Shown here: one piece after another, positions 40,601-50,000 of the stretch
Layout of the letters: the number at the start of each line of letters is the position of its first letter
Position numbering within the stretch: the stretch's first letter is position 1
NCBI RefSeq assembly: GCF_006345805.1
Contig: NC_043003.1
Location: forward strand, 15,190,001 to 15,254,000
From: Octopus sinensis
Lineage: Eukaryota
Reading direction: 5' to 3'
DNA length: 64,000 nucleotides
The notes under the pieces: generated by a model
What the model was told of the DNA's origin: nothing
The model's database searches: none
What the model saw: the letters and a program-made list of their open reading frames with translations, nothing else
Program-made: the position numbers and the translations under genes

Positions 40601-43600
40601 TAAAAGTGAATTTTACAATTTTAAATCTTGTAAAATAAAATGCTAATACTATAAAAAAAATAAAAAAAAATTATATTGAACATTTTTGAAATGTAAGAAT
40701 TTACAAAATAAAAAAATCTTGTTAACCGTCACAGAGAAGTTAATATTCATCATTATCCTATTCATCATTATATTCGTTGCTCCAGTTTACTCAGCTGTAG
40801 AAATGAGTTGCGATGTCATAGGTGCCAAGCTGTATTGGCCTTTGCCTTTCCCTTGGATAATATCAGTGGCATGGAAAGAGGAGGCTGGTTTGCATGAGCG
40901 ACTGCTGGTCTTCCATAAACAACCTCGCCCAGACTTGTGCAATCCAATGGTTGGTCATGACCGAAGGGGGTCTCAGCAACTATGGGAAATTACTGCTCTG
41001 CTTTACGAGTTTTTGCTTTACAAGTGGTGTCCGGGAACAAATTAACTTGTATATCAAGGCATTACAGTATTGTCTTTCCATTGTTGTGGAGGCCTTTTAA
41101 GTGGTCTTTTCTGATCTCTTGGATGCCACTCGGCAACTGCACAAGTCCACCTGTTTTCTCTGAACCTTATGACATGTCTGGTCCAGTGGAACTTGTGCTT
41201 TTATTATTCTGTGATCCCATTGTACACTCTATTTTGTTCTCAAGTTGCTCCATCTCAGATATGCTCTTGCAAAGATATTTTTAGCATGGGTCTTTTCATT
41301 GTTCTTTGCATCATTTTCTTCCTTACCAAATCCACTCACAAGGCTTTAATCAGCTAAGGGCTATATCAGAAGACCCTTGTCCAAATCAGCATGCAGCAGG
41401 ACTGAACCTGAAACCATATGGTTGGGAAGCAAACTTCTTACCCATTTAGCCATACCTGCATCAATGGTTTTGATTGGTTTGGCTAGAGATAACTGCATCA
41501 ATAGTACAGTTATATACATATATATCTTCTTGGTTCATCGATCTTCGATGAAGACGTAGTCTGTGATCTTAGCAGTAAGCAGTGGGAATGTGTGTGGCTC
41601 CGCAGCACAAAGCTGGAAGCACACAGGTGCCCACAGGTTGGACACTAGTAGTCTGTGGTCAGGACTGAGGAATGATGTGGCTAGGTATATATACATATAT
41701 CCTCATCATCGCTTAGCGTCCGCTTTCCATGCTAGCATGGGTTGGACGGTTCAACTGGGGTCTGGGAATCCAGAAGGCTGCACCAGTCCCAGTCTGATCC
41801 GGCAATGTTTCTACGGCTGGATGCCCTTCCTAACGCCAACCACTCTGTGAGTGTAGTGGGTGCTTTTTACGTGCCACCCGCACAGGTGCCAGACGAGTCT
41901 GGCAAACGGCCACGATCGGATGGTGCTTTTTAAGTGCCACCGGCACGGGGGCCAGGCGAGGCTGGCAACAGCCACAAACGGATGGTGCTTTTTATGTGCC
42001 ACCGGCATGGGGGCCAGGCGAGGCTGGCAACGGCCATGAACGGATGGTGCTTTTTATGTGCCACCGGCATGGGGGTCAGGCGAGGCTGGCAACGGCCACG
42101 AACAGATGGTGTTTTTTACGTGCCACAGGCACGAGGCCAGTCGGGGCGGCGTCACACACACACAAATATATAACTGTACTAGTGACAAATAGTGAAATTA
42201 CTAAAACTATTACAAAATATAGAAATAAGTAGATTCTTTTCATATGAATTACCTGGCAGAAGTCTGCGAGCCATGTTCTCAGCTAAATCCAAGAGAGGAC
42301 CAGAACATGGCCAACCTGGATCAGTTTCCATCCCTGCCTTCTTAGACAACAGATGTGAAGAAAGTAAACCAGCAACAACTAAATAAGAGTAATATTAAAA
42401 CAACAATAATGTTAATAACAATCAGATATAAACAAACTGTACGTATTGAACAATGAAACATTCAAATATTGCAAATTTAATTGTGTTTGATGCCTTCAAA
42501 TAGCAGTTGTGCTTGAAGGCTTCTTATAACAGTTGTGCATGAAGCCTTTATTATAGAAACTAGCACTATGACCCGGCATTGCCAGGTCATAGTGCTAGTG
42601 CATGCATATACAGCTGTGTGCGTGTGCACATACACGTGAGTACTGTCCAAATCTCTGACCAATCACATACAGCTAGCTGGCATTCAATTGGCATATCAAA
42701 TTTCGGGCATTTTGATTGGGTTTTGGATAGAAAATTCACAAAAATGTCACTTCTATTGATTTTTTAATGGCTTTGCGAAGTGACTGGGGAAATGTAAAGA
42801 TGTGCACGACCACCCTTGGATGGTTTTGAATGACCATAGAAAGTGCGAGCCCTCTAACTGAAAAATTGTGGATTTGTATAAAGGACACACAGACAGACAG
42901 ACAGACATTTTGCTGTTTATATATATAGTGAGATTGTGCATGATGCCATCACATAACAGTTGTGTTCAAAGCATTCATATAACATTCGTACTCGAAGCCT
43001 TCACATAGCAGCTGTGCTTGAAGCCTTCACATAGCAGCTGTGCTTGAAGCCTTCACATAGCAGCTGTGCTTGAAGCTGTGTTGAAAGTCTTGTTACTTAA
43101 TTTTTATGTACAGTCAGTTTTCCAAGAATTGAAGTTTGGTTATACTTTGTCCCAGAAAGAAAGCTATAGAACTTGTGGTTCCAATAATGGTAGAAAATAA
43201 AGCCAAACAAGTGTTTGAGATGCTGGATTATACATGTTTTGTATGTATGTAAGCAAGGGTCCGTGACTGCATATATGAATGCATAAAGATAATTATTCAA
43301 AAGAAAGTAGTTTAAGAAAATACCTATTTCTTTACTACCCACAAGGGGCTAAACACAGAGAGGACAAACAAGGACAGACACACGGATTAAGTCGACTACA
43401 TCGACCCCAGTGTGTAACTGGTACTTAATCGACCCCGAAAGGATGACAGGCAAAGTCGACCTCGGTGGAATTTGAACTCAGAACGTAGCATCAGACGAAA
43501 TACCGCTAAGTATTTTGCCCGGTGTGCTAACGTTTCTGCCAGCTCACCACCTAGTTTAAGAAAATACCGTTAATGTAATCTAGAAAGGATGCACTCCTAA

Positions 43601-44708
43601 CTTACCTCTAATGTTGGTCTCAAATACTGATGCATTGATATCAGTATCGAAATCTGCGCTGTCGAGAACCAGTTTGGCCACTCTTCGGAATTCCGTATAA
43701 TTGCCAATTATGGCCAACATATCCAAGGCATCAATGAGGGTTAGGGAGAAGCTGGAGCAAAATACATTAAAAGAGAATAAGAAATATTGAAGCGAAGAAT
43801 TTTAATCATGACATACATACATGCTCACACACACAAACACATACATACATATATACACACACACAAACACATACATACATATATACATTTATATATACAC
43901 ACACAAACACATACATACATATATACATTTACACACACACACATACTATCATCAGTGGCGGCCTGGGTCTAAAAATATTAGTTGCCAGGAGACTAAGGGG
44001 GTTTACCTGCAACTACAAGGGGGCCCACCCACAACAACAATGCTATCATTTAATTTTTTTTTTTTTATTAAAAGTATTCTTTTCAACTGTCTACAAACAC
44101 AGCCAGGCTGAAATAATTAATGCATTCTTCCAGGAGTGAATAAAAAATTCTCAAACTTGAGATACTAATATACTAGAAGGCGGTGAGCTTGCAGAAACAT
44201 TAGCACACCGGGCGAAATGCTGAGTGGTATTTCATCTGCCATTACATTCTGAGTTCAAATTCTGCCGAGGTTGACTTTGCCTTTCATCCTTCCGGGGTTG
44301 ATAAATTAAGCACCAGTTATGCACTGGGGTCGATGTAATCGACTTAATTGCTTTGTCTGTCCTTGTTTGTCCCCTCTACGTTTAGCCCCTTGTGGGCAAT
44401 AAAGAAATAAAATACTAACATGGGCCCCCATATATGGATTCTAATGCTGCAGGGGCCCATTTGCCATCAGGCAAGCTGGCAACCCAGCCAGTCCGCCACT
44501 ATATATATATATATATATATAAATATAAGAGAGTTAACGATAAGTGGCTAACTCTAGTGCTAGAAATAGCTCCTTATTCTGGTATAGCCACTCTCTTATA
44601 TTTATATATAAATTTGTACTGTCTCCCTGGTTTCTATGTGCTAGGCCACTTGGTGTTAAACTGACGGTATTATTAAATTAATATCTAATTTTTCACCCTC
44701 ATTTATAA

Positions 44709-44750
<42 letters not shown>

Positions 44751-46952
44751 TATATATACAGTGGCGAACTGGGTCTAAAAATACTAGTTGCCAGGAGACT
44801 AAGGGGGTTCCCCCACAACTACAAGGGGTCCCACCCGCAGCTACAATGCTATCATTTAAATCTTTTTTTTTTGTTAAAAGTATTCTTTTCATTGTCAACA
44901 GACCATAGCCAGGCTGAAATAATGCATTCTTCCAGGAGTGAATACAAAATTCTTAAACTTGAGCGTATGGGCCCCTTAGATACTAACATGGGCCACCATA
45001 TATGGATTCTAATGGCGCAAGGGTCCACTTGCCATTGGGTAAGCTGGCAACCTGGCCAGTCCACCACTATATATGATGTATAAAAACATGTAATATACAA
45101 ATAAATATCTGTAAATATAAAACTATCCGAATTTCTGAGTACCTCATTTCTTCCAATATATCTATATATACACAGTGGCAAACTGGGACTAAAATTATTA
45201 GTTGCCAGGAGACTAAGGGGGTTCACCCGCAACTACAAGGGGGCCCACCCACAACTACAATGCTAATACTGTAAAGTGGTCAGTTATAAGAAGAGAGCCA
45301 TCTGTATAAACCAAATTTAAAAAAAAAAAAAACCATTCACCCCCCCCCCCCCCCACACATATATGACAAGTATCTTTCAATTTTTCTTTACCAAATCCAT
45401 TTACAAGGCTTTGGTCAGCCAAGGGCTAAAATAGAAAACACTTGTCTATGATACCATGCAGTGGGACAATCCCAAACTACACTTCTTAACCACACATCCA
45501 TGCCTTTGCCTATATAAAATTATGCATTTCATACTCAAATAAAACCTGCCATTTTTGACAGGTACTAGGCTAGTATAGATAAAAAAAAAACCATTCACCC
45601 TCCCCCCACACATATATGACAAGCATCTTTCAGTTTTTCTTTACCAAATCCATTCACAAGGCTTTGGTCAGCCAAGGGCTAAAATAGAAAGCACTTGTCT
45701 ATGATACCATGCAGTGGGACAATCCCAAACTACACTTCTTAACCACACATCCATGCCTTTGCCTATATAAAATTATGCATTTCATACTCAAATAAAACCT
45801 GCCATTTTTGACAGGTACTAGGCTAGTATAGATAAAAAAAAAACCATTCACCCTCCCCCCACACATATATGACAAGCATCTTTCAGTTTTTCTTTACCAA
45901 ATCCATTTACAAGGCTTTGGTCAGCCAAGGGCTAAAATAGAAAGCACTTGTCTATGATACCATGCAGTGGGACAATCCCAAACTACACTTCTTAACCACA
46001 CATCCATGCCTTTGCCTATATAAAATTATGCATTTCATACTCAAATAAAACCTGCCATTTTTGACAGGTACTAGGCTAGTATAGATAAAAAAAAAAAACA
46101 TGCCATGCCAACTCTCACCTGCCCCAAGTGTCATGACCATCACATGTCAAAGGACGGAGTTCATCTAATGGATAAGCATACTGCATGTAACTTTCATATG
46201 CATGATTGAACATATCCACAACACGTTTCCTGGAAAGAATTAAAAAGATTTTAAAAATATATCAAATAATTAAATTTAAGAGATGTGTTTTATAGATGCA
46301 AGCTTTATATTTTATACAAGAGGCGCAATGGCCCAGTGGTTAGGGCAGCGGACTCGCGGTCGCAGGATCGCGGTTTCGATTCTCAGACCGGGCGTTGTGT
46401 GTGTGTTTATTGAGCGAAAACACCTAAAATCTCTACGAGGCTCCGGCAGGGGGTGGTGGTGATCCCTGCTGTACTCTTTCACCACAATGGCGGTGCCCCA
46501 GCATGGCCACAGCTCAAGAGCTGAAACTGGAAAAACAAAACAAAACAAAAAACAAATAAGATAACTTTTAATCATATGAATTTCAATTTGAAATTTATTT
46601 GTGTTATTTGAGGTTTTTTAAAAATTTATTTAATTTTTTTTTATTTTTAGGGAGAAAAAGAATAAAAAAGGGGCCTTGCTATCTGCAAGTATTTTATGTG
46701 ATTTTACCCTTTTACTTGTTTCAGCTATTTGACTGCGGTCATGCTGGAGCACCACCTTTAGTCGAATAAAATTGACCCCAGGGCTTATTCTTTGTAAGCC
46801 TAGTACTTATTCTGTCGGTCTCTTTTTGCCAAACCGGTAAGTTACGGGGATGTAGACACACCAGCATCGGTTGTCAAGCGATGGTGGGGGGACAAACACA
46901 GACACAAACAACAAACACATACATACATATATATACATATATATATACACAT

Positions 46953-47019
<67 letters not shown>

Positions 47020-50000
47020 CACATACATATATGTATATATACATACATACATATATCCATACATACATACATATATACGACGGGCTTCTTTCAGTTTCCG
47101 TCTACCAAATCCACTCACAAGGCTTTGGTCGGCCTGAAGCTATAGCAGAAGACACTTGCCCAAGTTGCCACACAGTAGGACCGAACCTGGAACCATGTGG
47201 TTGGAAAACAAGCTTCTTACCACACAGCCACTCCTGCGCCTAACATGAGCTATTTCTCTTTGTCTCTGTTGCTTTATCATTTTGTGATGTGTACAAGTCG
47301 AAAAGCACAAACAACTTTGGATTACATAAGAGGTAAAACACTCTACCATTGACATATAAAGTGATAAAGTAGTAACACCGGTTTCCTTGACTGAAAAGCT
47401 CAGAATATTAATAGGAGATACAAAGGTAACAGGTGCAGAAGAGAGGAAGAAATGAATATTCTGTGCTAGTGCCACGTAAAAAGCACCAGTGCTGGTGCCC
47501 TGGAAAAAACACCAGTGCTGGTACCATATAAAAAACACCAATACTAGTGCCAGGTAAAAAGCACCACTACTGGTGCCATGTAAAAAGCACCACTACTGGT
47601 GCCACGTAAAAAGCACCAGTGCTGGTGCCATGTAAAAAGCACCTGTGCTGGTACCATGTAAAAAACACCAATACTAGTGCCAGGTAAAAAGCACCAGTGC
47701 TGGTGCCACGTAAAAAGCACCACTACTGGTGCCACGTAAAAAGCACCAATACTGGTGCCACATAAAAGGCACCTGTGCTGGTGCCATGTATTAAGCATCT
47801 ATGTTGGTGCCACATAAAAAGCACCTGCCCTGGTACCATATAAAAAAAAACATTTCTGCTGGTACCATGTAAAACCACCCATACTGGAGCCACATAAAAA
47901 GCACCTGTGCTGGTGCAGTGTATAAAACACTGGTATTGGTGCCATGTAAAAAGCACCTAGTACACTCTGGAAAGTGGTTGGCATTAGGAAGGGCGTCCAA
48001 TCATAGGAACCTTGTCAAAACAGACAATTAGAGCCTAGTGTAACTCTGGCTTGCCAGCTCCTGTCAAACTGTCCAACCCATACCAGCATGGAAAACAGAC
48101 ATTAAATGATGATGATGATGATTAGTCCATATCTATCTTAACACTATAATATTGTGTATTGCTAATTCAACTGAATTCTTTGAGAATGATAATTCTCAGA
48201 GGAGATTCCCCACCCCCCAATCTGCTGTGTAAGAGAAACCAAGGTACTGTAAATTCCATTCATCATCATCATCATCGTTTAACGTCCGTTTTCCATGCTA
48301 GCATGGGTTGGACGGTTTGACCAGGGTCTGGGAAGCCAGAAGGCTGCACCAGGCTCCAAGCTAATTCTCAGCATTGAGAGAGATCACAGTTCTGGTACTA
48401 CAGACATGTGGTTAGAATGTTGCAGGTAATAATCGCAAGATGGATTCTTCAAGCTGAGCCAACCGACAGGAGACTTAGGGGTGGACCAAAAATGAGATGG
48501 TTGAATAATGTCCATAGTCTCAGATGGTTATGCTTGGGAATCCAGACAGAAAGTGTAATGACAGTGACTTCTAATAGGACCAGGGCTGGCTCAAGGTACC
48601 GACAACTCCAGCAGTCACCCGGGGTGCCAAGGAGAGTGTAACAAAGACCGAAATTTTCATGACCATCAGCTTGTACATGCCAAAGTTCAGCTTACCCGGG
48701 GTGCCAGAACCCTAGAACCAGCCCTGAATAGGACCCTGTCTGCTTTCCATGCTGGCATGGGATGGACGGTATGAGGGATCTACCCCCCGACCCTTCCAGT
48801 AATAGTAGCCAGAGATGATTGATGAATGGATGGATGGATGGAGCTGCAGTGAAGGCCATTAGACGGTTTTGGATAAAGAGGGTAGACTGGTGGCTTGTTG
48901 CTACTGGGATGCAAGCAGGGACTTGATCAATCTCAGCCGGACCAAATAGGCGAGGGTGAGGCCTGATGCTGAAAGATCCGAAGATCTCTAAGACCCCAGA
49001 AACATCACCTGATTATGCATCCGTGAGATATATTGTGGAACTAAGGAATTATTTTATAGGCAAAGGAAAAGAATACATGCACTTGGTGTTTAGGGTTTGG
49101 GTTAGAGTTTAAAGTTAGGATTATGCGGAAAACGGGTGCTGTGTGTATTCTTTACTCCCACCATTTTCTTGATATTAAAGAGGAAAAAAAGACAAAGTTA
49201 TACTTGTCGGAGTATAAATGCAGATCAGGAAGATCACCGCGTAATGCAGGAAAAAAACAAAAGAAAAGAAAACAAAGCAAAACAACCCCCCACCACCACC
49301 GACTTACAGCAACTTTTACCTTGGGTAACATATGTTGTATTTATTTCATCGAAGTTTATGCTAAGTTTAAATCTACAAACACCTGTTAATAACATGATTT
49401 AACAATGTTATTGATGCAGAGCACTATCAAAGAATTAAAAAAATCTTGGCAAGACTTCCTTTTGTATGCCCTGGGTTAGGGTTAGGGTTGGGGTTTTAGG
49501 GTTGGGGTTTTAGGGTTAGGGTTTTAGAGTTGGGGTTTTAGGGTTGGGGTTTTAGGGTTAGGGTTTGGGCTACGGTAAAAGTGAAAAATGAAGAAACGTG
49601 GCAAAAAAAAAAATTTTTTTAAACCAATAATTTGCGAGAAAATGGTGGTGGTGGTGTGGTGGTGGTGGGGTGGGTGGAAGTCTTTCCTGGGCATAGAACT
49701 GATAATCATTTTAAACAATTCTGCGAACCGTGAGCAAGCAAGCATGCAAAAGCCATGCAAGCCACAACAACATCAGCATAACAATGAGACCACCATCTGA
49801 TTGTTGTAATTATTAAAAACAAATTCGAAATTTTTTTTATAAAAAACAGAGTAATTAGGTAAGATATTGTGAGAACAGTTGAAATATAATGTATCGGATA
49901 TTAACATTTTTTTTCTTCTTTTAGAATCAATATTAAAAGCCGAAGGTTTTATTAACGTGACAAAATATGTTGATATTGTGTGCATGAAGAGAGGTGGTGG

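Noticed and set aside
40686-41284. 100-119-aa + strand ORFs antisense to EDEM2
   Set aside because: They overlap a truncated SINE/LINE-tail fragment and have no recognisable domain.
46807-47243. Tyr/Ile/His-rich ORFs
   Set aside because: Translations of (TA)/(CA) microsatellites in SINEs; likewise 43787-44111, 56847-57086 and 57308-57802.
47462-47960. CRISPR-like array of short palindromic repeats
   Set aside because: Units are contiguous with no unique spacers, sit inside a eukaryotic retroelement, and there are no cas genes.
49473-49569. True chromosome end
   Set aside because: The array is short, variant-rich and inside EDEM2 intron 1, with genes continuing on both sides.
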